Numbered from the whole stretch's first letter, positions 17,016 to 30,041 are shown. The stretch: 63,804 bases of DNA, filler included, from an uncultured bacterium (GCA_964448115.1; 3 parts of 3 records of this genome joined end to end with filler, not necessarily neighbours in it); one strand, 5' to 3'. The notes: a model not told the origin generated them from the sequence alone. Made by a program: numbers and translations.

Positions 17016-19269
17016 AAAAAAGTTAAGCACCGGGGATTGGCTCGCCCTTTTGCCACTGTCGGTTATCGGTCTTGCAGTACCTTTGATAGTTACCCCAGGC
17101 TTAGTGGAGCCGTACTCTTACATGAAGGAATCTATCTTTGAGATGCTGCTCGCTTTATCTCTGCTGGGATATACATTCAATCTTCCGAAGAAGACTGGAT
17201 TGAACTTCTCGATACATTACCTCCAGTTGCTATTGGTAGCTTCTTTTCTCATCTGCTGTATATCGGTGCTCGGCTCCGAAACCAGGTTTTATGGTGCTCG
17301 ACGCCTGGTGGAGATAGGCGAGCTGCTGACATTTGCTTTTTTGATCAGTCATCTTTGGCGCCATCGACTGGCAAGGTCTCTGCTGATCGCTGGATTCATG
17401 CTCGGTGCGATCATAACCTCCGTTTACGGGATATTACAGTGGAATGATGTCATCAGGGTGAACTGGCAGGCATTGCACTGGGAGGCTGGACTAGGAAGGA
17501 GGATATTCTCAACCATCGGCAATCCGAATTTCCTCGGCGAGTATATTCTTTGCCTTATCTGGCTGCCATTAGCCTTGTATTTAATCTCCAGACATCCCTT
17601 GCTGCGCCTGACCGCAGGTGCGGCCTGGCTGCTGATGTACGCTGCGCTGTTGTACACAAACTCGTGGGGATGTTACCTGGGAGCTTTGGTTGGGGGCATC
17701 TTCTTCACGATATTATTCATAAGATCAAGATATTCTACCAGTGCGACCAGGGATCGCATAGTGGTTGCAATTATTGCTTTTTTATTGACTGCATCCTTTG
17801 TTCGCTACAAGGGTAGCCAGGTAGTCGGCGAGACCACCGGCGCTGTTGCCAGGGCTCTACTGTACCAGGCTGCTGTTGATATGATAAAAGAGCGTCCGCT
17901 TACAGGTTTCGGACTAGATAACTATTTCGCCTACTCGAATAAATACATCTCCCGGCTATCGACCAAGCCACAATACAACGAGATATTCATCTCCAACCCC
18001 AACCTTATCTTGCGCAATCCAGGCAGGGTGCACAATGAGCTGTTGAGCCTCTGGGTGGAGCTGGGCATCATCGGCGCCATACTAGGATTGTATTTCAGTA
18101 TAATCACCATGAGGTACATAATTCGGGAAGTAAAGCTGACTGATAGTAAATCAGCGCTCGACCTAATTTGCTGTGCAGCAGGTCTGGCAGCGGTCGTGGC
18201 TCAATCAATGGTCAACTTTCCATTGAGGACTACCGTCCCATCCATGGCTTGTGCATTCATCCTCGCAGCAGCCATCGCTAGGCTGAACAATGGAAATATC
18301 ATCATTGCCAGGGGTAAAGCCGCTTTAAGCATGGCGCTTGCTATAATGCTTGCATCTGCCACCATGGCTGCTTTCTTGTGTTATCGTAGCATCTCCCGCA
18401 TCAAGTCCCAGGTGCACTATACCAAACAGGAAAGGTTCGCGACCCAAGGGATGATAGGTGAAGCGCTCGCAGAGACGGTGGCATCCAACAACGCTCATGT
18501 TCTCTCGACCGAATCGATATTTCGCCAGGCAAAATATTCTCTGATGCTAAAAGAGTTAGATTTGGCTCAGCAAGCCATCTCGCTATGTAAACGCATCCAG
18601 CCTTTTCATGAATACACTCACTTTCTCGATGCGCAGTTGCGGGCTGCCAAGGGTAATCACGAGGCAGCCATTGAGGGGCTGCGAGCTGCCATTGAGCTGG
18701 AACCGAGGTATGCCGCCGCCTATATTTTGCTAATCGAAAGGGCGCTCAAGCTAAAGCGAATCGATCTCGCTGCCGAGTATTATGATCGCGCCCTAGCTTA
18801 CATCAAGTCGAGCCAGGATTTAATAAACACGGGAGGCATCCTGGCAGCGCACCAGGGGGATCTTGAACAAGCGAGGCAACGATTCAAGGAGGCTGACAAG
18901 ATGCTAAACGGCAACGTCGTGGCAAGATACAATCTGCACGTTATAGACTCCTTTAGCCCTGATGTGGCGCTAGGGCACTTGATCGGATACATCGAGTATG
19001 GCTGGATAACCGACCGTCTGAACGAGGGACTAAGGAGCTTTTCTGATGGTGATCTATCAAGGGCAAACTCCTTCTATGAGACCATCCTTAGGCGATTTCC
19101 CGATTATGTGCCCGCAGTATCGAATATCGGCTCTGTTTATCTGCGACAGGGGGATCTTAATAATGCAGCCATTTACTTTAATAAGGCTCTATCCATCGAT
19201 CCCAAGCACCAGGTAACCAGAGAGAACCTCAGGTTTCTCGAGGCAATAGCAACCCAAAAGCTTAAATAA
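16996..19269 (+). CDS. O-antigen ligase/oligosaccharyltransferase-like membrane protein with TPRs
   Basis: STIGNPNFLG, RPLTGFG, VHNELLSLWVELGIIG (Wzy_C-type); TPR tail. Confidence 0.85.
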   Translation: MVKLEDRKKLSTGDWLALLPLSVIGLAVPLIVTPGLVEPYSYMKESIFEMLLALSLLGYTFNLPKKTGLNFSIHYLQLLLVASFLICCISVLGSETRFYGARRLVEIGELLTFAFLISHLWRHRLARSLLIAGFMLGAIITSVYGILQWNDVIRVNWQALHWEAGLGRRIFSTIGNPNFLGEYILCLIWLPLALYLISRHPLLRLTAGAAWLLMYAALLYTNSWGCYLGALVGGIFFTILFIRSRYSTSATRDRIVVAIIAFLLTASFVRYKGSQVVGETTGAVARALLYQAAVDMIKERPLTGFGLDNYFAYSNKYISRLSTKPQYNEIFISNPNLILRNPGRVHNELLSLWVELGIIGAILGLYFSIITMRYIIREVKLTDSKSALDLICCAAGLAAVVAQSMVNFPLRTTVPSMACAFILAAAIARLNNGNIIIARGKAALSMALAIMLASATMAAFLCYRSISRIKSQVHYTKQERFATQGMIGEALAETVASNNAHVLSTESIFRQAKYSLMLKELDLAQQAISLCKRIQPFHEYTHFLDAQLRAAKGNHEAAIEGLRAAIELEPRYAAAYILLIERALKLKRIDLAAEYYDRALAYIKSSQDLINTGGILAAHQGDLEQARQRFKEADKMLNGNVVARYNLHVIDSFSPDVALGHLIGYIEYGWITDRLNEGLRSFSDGDLSRANSFYETILRRFPDYVPAVSNIGSVYLRQGDLNNAAIYFNKALSIDPKHQVTRENLRFLEAIATQKLK

Positions 19270-19280
19270 AGCTGTTTTTA

Positions 19281-20405
19281 TCAAGCCAATCCGCGCTTCC
19301 TCAGTTCCTCTCTAGCCTTATCGAACAGATCGACCGCGCGCTGCGAGCGCACCCACTCGGTGAGATCCTCGATGCCATCCTCGAATCTGACCGTTGGCTG
19401 GAAGCCGAGCAAACGGCGAATGCGTGATATATCAGCATAGCAGTGCCTGATGTCCCCCTCACGGAACTGGTTGGTGATGGATGGCTCGATGCCCCTGTGG
19501 GGGGCAATTTTCTTGATAAGCACCCTTGCGATGTCAAGGATGCTGATGTTGTTGCCGGTGCCGACATTTAGCACCTGGTAATCGGCATCCGGCTTCTCCA
19601 TTGCGAGGATGTTCGCCTGGGCGATGTCTTTGACATGGATAAAATCCCTGCTCTGTAAGCCATCCTCATAGATTACAGGCGGGTTGCCGTTGAGGATACG
19701 AGAGGAGAATATTGCAGCCACGCCGGTATATGGATTTGACAGCGCCTGGCGGGGTCCGTAAATGTTGAAGTATCGCAGCGCCACGGTCGGTATCTTGTAC
19801 GAACGCCCCACGGCAAGGAACATCTCCTCGTGGTCGCGCTTGGTTATCGCGTAGATCGAGGTCGGATAGAGCAGCTTGTCCTCATCGGTAGGCATCGGCT
19901 GGCAAGTATTTGTGCACTTGGGGCAGAGCATCTCCCATTTACCAGCCTGCAATTGTTGCTTGGAACGCAGTTGGGGCATTACCTCTCCGCACTCTGGGCA
20001 CTTGTACTTACCCTCGCCATAGATCGACATGCTGCTCGCCACCAGGATCTTTCTCACCTTGTTGGGGCGGTTGACGATGACATCGAGCAGCACTGCACCG
20101 CCAAAAGAGTTATAGGATGTATACTTGGCTATCTGGTACATCGACTGCCCCACGCCCACCGCAGCCGCCTGGTGGAGCAGGATCTCGACCCCATCGAGAG
20201 CCTGGTAAACCGTGTCAGCATCCCTGACATCGCCTTTGATGAATTCGGCATCCGGGTGCAGGTATTCTGGCACTTGCGCGTTTTCCCCGTGTACCTGCGC
20301 TTCGAGATTATCCAACACCCGCACCTGATAACCCTTCTCGATCAGGGCATCGACTATATGCGAGCCGACAAAGCCGGATCCTCCTGTAACCAGCACTTTA
20401 GTCAT
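19281..20405 (-). CDS. NAD-dependent nucleotide-sugar epimerase/dehydratase
   Basis: TGGSGFVG, YAITK, RYFNIYGP, RDFIHV; insert with two CxxC pairs. Confidence 0.92.
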   Translation of the reverse strand: MTKVLVTGGSGFVGSHIVDALIEKGYQVRVLDNLEAQVHGENAQVPEYLHPDAEFIKGDVRDADTVYQALDGVEILLHQAAAVGVGQSMYQIAKYTSYNSFGGAVLLDVIVNRPNKVRKILVASSMSIYGEGKYKCPECGEVMPQLRSKQQLQAGKWEMLCPKCTNTCQPMPTDEDKLLYPTSIYAITKRDHEEMFLAVGRSYKIPTVALRYFNIYGPRQALSNPYTGVAAIFSSRILNGNPPVIYEDGLQSRDFIHVKDIAQANILAMEKPDADYQVLNVGTGNNISILDIARVLIKKIAPHRGIEPSITNQFREGDIRHCYADISRIRRLLGFQPTVRFEDGIEDLTEWVRSQRAVDLFDKAREELRKRGLA

Positions 20406-20429
20406 GGTCGGTTTGTTCTCCTTTACAAA

Positions 20430-22556
20430 TCAATCCTTGAATATCGAGATGCGTGCATCAACTATCTTGGCTCTCTTGCCCTTGGGGAAGCAGATTATCG
20501 GATTGAAGTCCAACTCCTTTATCTCCGGGTGATCTCCAACCAGTTGGGACAAACGCATTATGCATTCCATTATAAGCTCGAAGTCGATCGGCTTCTCCCC
20601 GCGTACCCCCTTGAGCAGCGGATAGCCCTTGATCGACTCGATCATCTCTCTTGCGTCCACATCTGAGATCGGCCAGATCTTGACCGAGATATCCTTGATC
20701 GTCTCCACATAGATCCCGCCCATGCCGAACATGATAAGGGGTCCGAACACCGGATCATGGTTCATACCGAGAATGACCTCTTTACCCCTATCCACCATCT
20801 CTTGCACCAAGTACCCGTTGATATTTCTGAAATTATCCCGCATCTCGTATATGGCGCCCTTTAGCTCCATCTTGTTCTTGATATCGATATAGACACCGCC
20901 GACATCGGACTTATGCACCACATCCTCGGCAATAACCTTAACTACCACAGGGTACCCGATCTGGTCGGCGAATTCGGTAGCTTCCTTGATACTGGTAGTG
21001 ATCATGTATCTAGGCACTGGGAAGCGGTAAGCCTCAAGTATCTGCTGCACCTCGGTGTCGAGCAGCCTTTCTCTATTTTCTCTTCGTGCCTGGGAGATTA
21101 TCTTTCTCGCCCCCTTTTTATCGACCTCGAAGGTATGGATCTTCCCTTCAGGTCTAGCGCGCAACTCGCTATATCGGGTCATTGCCCTGATGGCATTGAC
21201 CGCGGATTCTGGAAATGCATACATGGGGACACGCTTGTGCACGCTATCATAGAGATCAGGTCCCTTATCCTCATCCTTGCCCATGACACAGCCTAAAATA
21301 GGGATATCGTACCTTCTGTTCACCTTCTCTATGACCTCGACGATCTCCTTGGTATCAACGATTATGGGTGTTACGAAGATAACTAACACCGAATCTACCT
21401 CGCCGGATTGGCATATAAGATCAAGCGAAGCCTCGTATTCTTTGGCGCCTCCCATGGCGATCAGATCGACCGGATTGGAGACAGAGGCGTCCTGGGGCAC
21501 GACCTGGCGTAGTTTCTCGATAAGCTCATCCGAGAAGCGAGGTATCTCAAGGTTGAGGCTCACCGCTGCATCGGTCGCCATTATCGCCGGACCGCCAGCG
21601 TTGGATACAATGGCGATGCGGTTACCCTTGGGCAGGGGCTGATTGCTAAAGGCAAGGGCAAGGTCGAACAGCTCATCTATGGTGCGCACACGCAGGATGC
21701 CGCATTGCTCGAAGAGCGCCTCGGCTGCAACATCGACCTCGGCAAGCGCCCCGGTATGCGAGCTGGCTGCCCTGGCGCCGGCAAGCGTTCGACCCGCCTT
21801 GACCGCTATTATCGGCTTCACTTTTGTTATCTTCTTGGCTATCTTTGGAAAATTCTTCGGATTGCCGAAGTTCTCCAAGTACATCAAGATAACATCGGTC
21901 TGATCATCGTCCTTGAGGTATTCGAGCAGGTCGTTAGCCGAGACATCTGCCTTGTTGCCCATGGATGCGAAGATGGAGAAGCCAAGCCCGAGCTGCTCAG
22001 CCCTTGCCAGAATGATCACCCCCAGAGCTCCGCTTTGAGATAAAAAGGCGATTCGACCCGGCGGAGGCGCACTCGGCGAGAAGGTCGCATCCATCATAAC
22101 CTGGGGATGGAAGTTGATTACCCCCATGCAGTTGGGTCCGATCATGCGCATATTATACTGTCCCACCACCTGCTTCAGTTCCTCTTCGAGCTTGATCCCA
22201 TCTCCGCCTACTTCCCTGAAGCCGGCGCTGATGACAACCAACCCCTTTACGCCCTTTTGGCCGCACTCTTTGGCGACCGAGATCACATGCTGCTTGGGGA
22301 CGATGACCACTGCCAGGTCAACCTCATCTTGGACCTCGCTGACCGAGCCGTATGATTTGATGCTTCGCACCACCTGCGCCTTGGGGTTGACCGGGAATAT
22401 CATGCCGTTGTAGTCGTACTTGAGGAGATTATCTATAATCGCCCTGCCGATGGTCTTCTCCTTGCGTGATGCGCCAATTACCGCAATAGCGCGTGGCTTG
22501 AAGATGGCATCCATGCCCTCAGCCGAGCAAAGCGGGGCTTCATCATCGGATTTCAT
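20430..22556 (-). CDS. ADP-forming acetate/acyl-CoA synthetase (alpha-beta fusion)
   Basis: IAVIGAS, GPNCMG, SQSGA, SHTGAL phospho-His, HKSDVGGV ATP-grasp, LDFNP. Confidence 0.92.
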   Translation of the reverse strand: MKSDDEAPLCSAEGMDAIFKPRAIAVIGASRKEKTIGRAIIDNLLKYDYNGMIFPVNPKAQVVRSIKSYGSVSEVQDEVDLAVVIVPKQHVISVAKECGQKGVKGLVVISAGFREVGGDGIKLEEELKQVVGQYNMRMIGPNCMGVINFHPQVMMDATFSPSAPPPGRIAFLSQSGALGVIILARAEQLGLGFSIFASMGNKADVSANDLLEYLKDDDQTDVILMYLENFGNPKNFPKIAKKITKVKPIIAVKAGRTLAGARAASSHTGALAEVDVAAEALFEQCGILRVRTIDELFDLALAFSNQPLPKGNRIAIVSNAGGPAIMATDAAVSLNLEIPRFSDELIEKLRQVVPQDASVSNPVDLIAMGGAKEYEASLDLICQSGEVDSVLVIFVTPIIVDTKEIVEVIEKVNRRYDIPILGCVMGKDEDKGPDLYDSVHKRVPMYAFPESAVNAIRAMTRYSELRARPEGKIHTFEVDKKGARKIISQARRENRERLLDTEVQQILEAYRFPVPRYMITTSIKEATEFADQIGYPVVVKVIAEDVVHKSDVGGVYIDIKNKMELKGAIYEMRDNFRNINGYLVQEMVDRGKEVILGMNHDPVFGPLIMFGMGGIYVETIKDISVKIWPISDVDAREMIESIKGYPLLKGVRGEKPIDFELIMECIMRLSQLVGDHPEIKELDFNPIICFPKGKRAKIVDARISIFKD

Positions 22557-22728
22557 AGCTTAAATCCTTGATATAAAACTGATTTTATCATTGATTACAG
22601 CGACTATTGATAATAGTTACCATCGTTATTGCTGTCAAGCGAAATCAGAAAAATCAGTATAACTGCCCGTTTGCGGAGTATCCCTTGATATAGTCATTTT
22701 TCATATCATATTTATTTAAAAAACCATA

Positions 22729-22756
22729 GGGCGCCGATCAATGTTGACCGGCGCCC
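22729..22756 (-). terminator. Rho-independent terminator after groEL
   Basis: GGGCGCCG...CGGCGCCC stem, T run shortly after on minus strand. Confidence 0.7.
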
Positions 22757-22787
22757 CTGATTCTTTTGTCAATAATTGTTCTATCGG

Positions 22788-24428
<1,641 letters not shown>

Positions 24429-24602
24429 TTATTATACATCTTGTATATCAATCCAATAGTATAACACAATTGCTATCGGTTTGTTCCAGTGTTTTGTTGG
24501 TCAACAATTACTTTCCTAATCATTTGCCATCCAGGGCAATTTAGCTTACATTTTGATTAAAAAATGAATATTAGGGACTTTTTTGGGTTGAATTAAGAGT
24601 TC

Positions 24603-26009
24603 ATGAGCCTGGAGATCGATATCCTTCTAATGCCGTCACTGCCGAGCCTGGTGGTAAATCCCCCCAGGCTTCCCGATCTCGGCATGGGCTATCTGGCTGC
24701 TGCTTGCAAAAAAGCTGGCTTCAAGGTGGCTTTATTTGACTGGAACTACCAGGCTGATAAAGATCAACTCAGGAAGGATATCGCCGACCTTAAACCCAAG
24801 TCGGTCGGGGTCAAGGTCTTCACCAAGGATGTCTGGGCAGCATGTCAGACCATAGACATCCTGAAAGAAGCATTAGGTGATGTACCTGTTATTATTGGCG
24901 GACCTCACATCAGCGCCATAGAGCCGGAGGAGATCTTTCTCGATCTTCCAGATGCTGATTATGCCTTGCGCGGAGAGGCGGAGATCTCCCTGCCGATGCT
25001 GCTTGAGAATATTATCGATGCCACAGACAATCTGGAGGGAATTCCTGGTCTTGTATATCGCAAGTCTGATGAGGTAATCATCAACCCTCAACCGCTACTG
25101 GTGGATGATCTCGATTCTCTGGGATTACCGCAATGGGATCTAATGGATCCTGCCGGGTACGATCACCCCTTCAACCGCGCTGGAAGGAGTGCCGGGGTAA
25201 CCGGCACCATCAACATCACCCGTGGCTGCCCGGATAGGTGCACCTTTTGCTGCGCTTATCGGGTGAACGGAAGAAAAGTAAGGGCACGCTCTGCCGAAAG
25301 CGTGCTCGAGGAGATCGAGCTGCTATACGAGAAGTACGGCGTGCGCCTGCTGCTCATCAGCGACACCAACTTCATATTCTATCGGGAACTTGTCGAGCAG
25401 GTCTGCGAAGGCATAATCCGCCGTGGTTATCGACTTAAATTCAACAGCCCGACCGGTCCCAATATCCGCATCCTGGATACCGAGCTGCTCAAGCTGCTCA
25501 AGCGTGCCGGTTGCCATTTCATCGGCTTCGGCGTGGAATCAGGCTCCCAACAGATGCACAAGAGAATAAAAAAATCTGCCCCCCTTGAGCTGGTGAAGGA
25601 GAAATCACGATTGATCCGCAACATGGGGATGGAGGTCTTCGGATACTTCATGTTCGGCTTCTTTGATGAGACTAGGAAGCAGATGCAGGAAACTATCGAC
25701 TATGCTTTCTCGGTCCCTTATGCCCACCGTAACTTCGATGTGGTCTTTCCTCTCCCTGGAACCGTGGAATATAGGTATCTGCTCAAGCGCCACCAGCTAG
25801 AGCGCATCGATTGGGCTTCATTCAAGCTCCAAGATTCGCCATACCAGGTATGTGAGCTGACCTACCCCCAACTGTTCAATCTTAGTCGCAAGGCATCCTT
25901 GAGACAGAAGATGCAACCCCGAAATATAGCTAACCTGGCTCGGGAACTATTGGTAAATAAGGAGCTGCGACAAAGGTCTCTAAAGAGGTTAAAAGGGCTT
26001 ATTCGTTAA
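24603..26009 (+). CDS. Cobalamin-binding radical SAM protein
   Basis: LGMGYLAA, IGGPH, RGEAE, TRGCPDRCTFC, GVESGS. Confidence 0.92.
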   Translation: MSLEIDILLMPSLPSLVVNPPRLPDLGMGYLAAACKKAGFKVALFDWNYQADKDQLRKDIADLKPKSVGVKVFTKDVWAACQTIDILKEALGDVPVIIGGPHISAIEPEEIFLDLPDADYALRGEAEISLPMLLENIIDATDNLEGIPGLVYRKSDEVIINPQPLLVDDLDSLGLPQWDLMDPAGYDHPFNRAGRSAGVTGTINITRGCPDRCTFCCAYRVNGRKVRARSAESVLEEIELLYEKYGVRLLLISDTNFIFYRELVEQVCEGIIRRGYRLKFNSPTGPNIRILDTELLKLLKRAGCHFIGFGVESGSQQMHKRIKKSAPLELVKEKSRLIRNMGMEVFGYFMFGFFDETRKQMQETIDYAFSVPYAHRNFDVVFPLPGTVEYRYLLKRHQLERIDWASFKLQDSPYQVCELTYPQLFNLSRKASLRQKMQPRNIANLARELLVNKELRQRSLKRLKGLIR

Positions 26010-26016
26010 TGGAGCT

Positions 26017-27975
26017 TTATCTGAGTATTATCTGCTCAAGCGAAGCCTCCCCGCTAAATCGGAGACTAGTGCTATCAAAGCGATAGCTCCATGCCTGTTG
26101 TTTGCTTTTGCCAGACAGGTTTAACTCCAAAGTGAACGGCTCGAATTGGTCGGCATTCAACCTGAGATCCCCCTCGATCCGACATCCATTGAATCTTCTG
26201 CTAAGCGGCTCCAGGAATACCTGATCTCCAGGTACAGTAAAGAAGTGTTGCCTGATTTCGACCGGTTGGTATCCATCGGTTCGTCTCAGGTTTATCAACC
26301 TGTGCACCAGATTTCGGTCATAATCGGTCAACAATCCATAGCCTTTCAGCTTACCATCGACGCCTAATCCGCTGCCTACCATGTCAAGACCATACCTTTT
26401 TTCTTCGGGCTTTATATGGATGGAGACATAGGGGCTTTTATATATCGAAAGCGTGATAGCTTTTTGCGGCGATACCTTAAGTCGCCTTATCTCGGCGCCT
26501 GGCTGTGGTTTAACATCATCACTAGGCTCAATTCGCAATATAGTCCCCTCCACCAGCTCGTTATTCTCACGGTATAGACCGTGTATCTGTCCGTAGTATG
26601 GTATCACTCGCCGATCGCCATATATGGTTCTAAGCTGCGGATAAAGCCCGCCGAAGACCGGCGAGCAGGCAATATAAGTCCGCTCATCCATTAAGCCATC
26701 GATATGATCCTTGACCAGGCTGAATCCGCTCTCCCACCTGCCGAATCCGCCGCTACTTGCGCAAACAGGGTAGATGTTGAAGTACAGGTTGTGTAAAGGG
26801 AACAAGGTGAAAATCCCTGCCATGGATAAAACGATCAAGTTCTTGGTTTTCTGACCGAGAAAAAATTCGCCTAGGCTGATGGCAAACGCAGCAATTATGA
26901 CCGGCCAGGCAACCGATATGATATCCAAGTATAAAGGGAGCGATGGCTTTATCCAGTCGAACCCCTCCCAACTGCGGTGCTTGGTGATCTGAGGCACTAC
27001 CAGCAGGGCTACCAGCAGCCAGGAGATGATAAACAGCGAGACCTTGTCCATCTCGCCTGCGCCCTTGAGAGCTATAAACAAAACAGCAACGAAAAATAGA
27101 AGCGGAAGGATTATGCTGCCTGCGCCGGCAAAAGCCTGGTAGGCATCGAGCCAGAAATAATCCCCCTTCAAGGCATGAAACAAGGTCCATAGATAGCCGA
27201 ATAATCTCTGGAAGAACCTGCTTACAAGTCCGCTGCCTAGTCCGACCGGGTGTCCCTCCGGGCTGGAGAGATACCACATCAATCCCGAAAAATCGCTGAG
27301 CGCGTTGTATAAAAGCCAAGGCGAAAGGGATGCCACTGCTCCGCTGATGATTAGTCGCAAGGAGCGCCGGTTGTTAATAGGTTGATATTCCCTCTCGAAG
27401 ATATGCAAAACGACTATTGGTATGATCATAAGCGCCATGTAAAGATGTCCATGCATTGCCAGTCCCCACAATATGCCGGCGATGAAAAGCCGGTTAGCCC
27501 TTTCTCTGGGGGGAAGCAGTAATAACAAGCTCCATGCGGTAAATAGGGGAACCAGAACTAGCGAATGTACCGTCCTGGAAGCAGCGATGTGCCAAGGGGA
27601 CACGGCAACTATCGAAGCTGCCAACAGCCCGGCATTCTCAGAGCCAAGCAACCGTGCGGCAAGCTTGTAGATCAACCAAACGAGGATCACACCACAGGCT
27701 GCAACCAGCGCGCGAGCAGTTACCACGCTGACCCCGAAGAGAAGGAAACAGAAAAAAAGCAACCACTGCATAACCGCTCCCCGATAGACCTTCTCGCCGA
27801 CCAGCCATGCCATGGGATCATCCAAGCCCGCCTTGAGCATGTAAACAGCATGAGCAGTGGTAGCGCCCTCGTCATACTCGAAGCCTGGGATCCGAGATAG
27901 ACCATGGAAGCGAAAAAAGGCTGCTACTATTAAAATAACCAGTAATAGCAGTAAGTTAACAAATTTATTATTCAT
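26017..27975 (-). CDS. ArnT/PMT-like (GT-C) glycosyltransferase
   Basis: FRF...YDEG acidic motif after first TM helix, SPWHIAASR, multiple TM helices. Confidence 0.8.
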   Translation of the reverse strand: MNNKFVNLLLLLVILIVAAFFRFHGLSRIPGFEYDEGATTAHAVYMLKAGLDDPMAWLVGEKVYRGAVMQWLLFFCFLLFGVSVVTARALVAACGVILVWLIYKLAARLLGSENAGLLAASIVAVSPWHIAASRTVHSLVLVPLFTAWSLLLLLPPRERANRLFIAGILWGLAMHGHLYMALMIIPIVVLHIFEREYQPINNRRSLRLIISGAVASLSPWLLYNALSDFSGLMWYLSSPEGHPVGLGSGLVSRFFQRLFGYLWTLFHALKGDYFWLDAYQAFAGAGSIILPLLFFVAVLFIALKGAGEMDKVSLFIISWLLVALLVVPQITKHRSWEGFDWIKPSLPLYLDIISVAWPVIIAAFAISLGEFFLGQKTKNLIVLSMAGIFTLFPLHNLYFNIYPVCASSGGFGRWESGFSLVKDHIDGLMDERTYIACSPVFGGLYPQLRTIYGDRRVIPYYGQIHGLYRENNELVEGTILRIEPSDDVKPQPGAEIRRLKVSPQKAITLSIYKSPYVSIHIKPEEKRYGLDMVGSGLGVDGKLKGYGLLTDYDRNLVHRLINLRRTDGYQPVEIRQHFFTVPGDQVFLEPLSRRFNGCRIEGDLRLNADQFEPFTLELNLSGKSKQQAWSYRFDSTSLRFSGEASLEQIILR

Positions 27976-29399
27976 TGCCTTTTAGCCATCTGTTGTAACG
28001 CAACCGAGTAAAGCGCTTGGATCCTATTGCGGGCGGCTTGAGTGGTCGGAAACAAAGCCAAAGCTATCTCCAGGTGCTTTATTGCAGGAAACCATTGCTT
28101 GTTATAGTAATAGTAAGCCCCGATGTCGAAGAATTTACGAGAATACTTATCTTTGGTCAACTGGTCATCAACCTGTCCGAGATAAGCATCCTTCCATCGT
28201 TCGGCAAACCTATCCGGTGAGGTTAATGGATAAGGCGTCTTTCCCGGTGTATGCAATCGATAGAGCAATCCATTTACCTTTACCTGGAACTTCAAGCCCA
28301 TATCTGCAAGATCTGGCAGGTAATCACCCTCGAGCAGATAGACAGGCATTCCATTCATGTTCAATCTGATGATCCCGGCGGTAACAGCCAGGTTGAAGCC
28401 GCGGCTGTCCTCGAATATGCCAGGTTCTATGCCCGGCATGTTGAATTCCAATTCTTGAGCCTTTTTCGTAAGATATTCATAATACCAGCGGAATGATAAC
28501 AGATGTCGGAACATGAAGCATGTATCCTCATACCTGCCCTCCACGCCCTGAAGATACCAGTAGATGAAAATATCATCGCTGTTTTGGGAGATCACCAGTG
28601 ATGGTCGGCTCTCATCAAGCCCAGAAACTCTGGCTAATCGACCCAGGTAATCGCTATCGCTGAAATCCTTGAAGGGATAGGAAAGACAATTGAATAATAG
28701 AGCAAGGGAAAAGAATAGGTAAAGGGAGAGCTTGATTAGCCGTTTATCGGTTAGATCGACCAGCCACCAGAACCCCCTGATCGCCAGATATAGACACCCC
28801 ATGATTGCTGGCAGCAGGAAGCGATCCCTCTCTGATGTTGAATATATGATTACCGCGCCGATATTGAATATGACCAACAGGCTCATAGCCCACCCCGCTG
28901 CCTCCTTGCAGGCTAAAGAGGTTGCTGCACCCAGTAGCGCGAAAAAGCATAAGTATCGCAGGCTATGGCTGTTTATTATCCCAAGCGTGTATTTAAGCCA
29001 ATAAAACCAGTGAGGATGGTCGAGCCAAAATGCCCGCAATGAGGGAAGCGCTTCTTCTGAGGCGCTAACCAAAGTAATGAATCGTGTGATGTTGGTCGGC
29101 AAGCCCCAAATAAATCGATCGCTAACCTCAGCCCTGATCGGGTCATACATAAGCACGCTCAATCCGAGCACGAAAAAACAAGCGATCATTAAATAATATA
29201 GCTGAGATATTTTGCTTGAGCCACGATGGCATGCGAAGTTGGCTATCATTACCGGTGGCACCAACAACATGATCGATAGATGATGGCAAAATCCCAAGCC
29301 GAATATAAAAGATATTAAGATCAGATACCTGGCATCTCGATTCGATTGGTGTCTTTTAAGGCAATAAATGATGGTCAAAAACAAGGCTAGGTTCAGCGT
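27972..29399 (-). CDS. DUF2723-like polytopic GT-C membrane protein, 5' end cut by linker
   Basis: GLGFCHH, YDPIRA..WG, WYLQGVEGR; frame stays open to the linker. Confidence 0.7.
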   Translation of the reverse strand, partial: TLNLALFLTIIYCLKRHQSNRDARYLILISFIFGLGFCHHLSIMLLVPPVMIANFACHRGSSKISQLYYLMIACFFVLGLSVLMYDPIRAEVSDRFIWGLPTNITRFITLVSASEEALPSLRAFWLDHPHWFYWLKYTLGIINSHSLRYLCFFALLGAATSLACKEAAGWAMSLLVIFNIGAVIIYSTSERDRFLLPAIMGCLYLAIRGFWWLVDLTDKRLIKLSLYLFFSLALLFNCLSYPFKDFSDSDYLGRLARVSGLDESRPSLVISQNSDDIFIYWYLQGVEGRYEDTCFMFRHLLSFRWYYEYLTKKAQELEFNMPGIEPGIFEDSRGFNLAVTAGIIRLNMNGMPVYLLEGDYLPDLADMGLKFQVKVNGLLYRLHTPGKTPYPLTSPDRFAERWKDAYLGQVDDQLTKDKYSRKFFDIGAYYYYNKQWFPAIKHLEIALALFPTTQAARNRIQALYSVALQQMAKRQ

Positions 29400-29499
29400 N
29401 NNNNNNNNNNNNNNNNNNNNNNNNNNNNNNNNNNNNNNNNNNNTTAATTAATTAANNNNNNNNNNNNNNNNNNNNNNNNNNNNNNNNNNNNNNNNNNNN
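29400..29499. other. Artificial contig linker
   Basis: 44 N + TTAATTAATTAA (stops in all six frames) + 44 N. Confidence 0.97.
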
Positions 29500-30041
29500 A
29501 AGACACCACCCCCGCCGGAAGTGGAGGTATTGTTGCAATTGGAGATCTCTACCTGGTGGATGAAGGGGGATGCCTGATCGCAGTGAATACCGACCTGTGC
29601 ATACTCGATTAGCGCGTATTCAACGATACAGCCGCTGATGTACTCGCCTTGCTCATCGAAGAATGCGTCTATTGCCTGGTTCTCGAACTTGATGCGCTTC
29701 CAGTCATTAGGTTGGGGAGAAGGCTGACTTGAGGTTAAGAGCACCGGGTCTTCAGCCGTGCCCCTGATCTTGAGGGTGCCGCTTTGCACGAACAGCCCCA
29801 CGCCAGCAGCGAACTTGATGGTAACCCCAGGCATGACATTGATAGTCCCACCGCTTATTATGTTTATATCCTCGGTAGCGAGGTAATATGTCGAGTTCAT
29901 ATCCCAGGTGGTTACACCGCTGTAATCTCCACCTATCTCGATGGGATCCTTTGCCCAAAGCGCCTGCGAGTGTAAATCTGGCACCATGCATAATGATATC
30001 CAGAGTAGTATCAATATGATAACCGTCTGTTTTACTCCCAT
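29500..30041 (-). CDS. Secreted protein with parallel beta-helix-like N-terminus, 3' end cut by linker
   Basis: Signal peptide; PGVTIKF, GTAEDPVLLTS, W-x-x-I-x-F pattern. Confidence 0.7.

Noticed and set aside
29444-29455. TTAATTAATTAA palindrome (also 57972-57983)
   Set aside because: Synthetic six-frame stop linker inside N padding.
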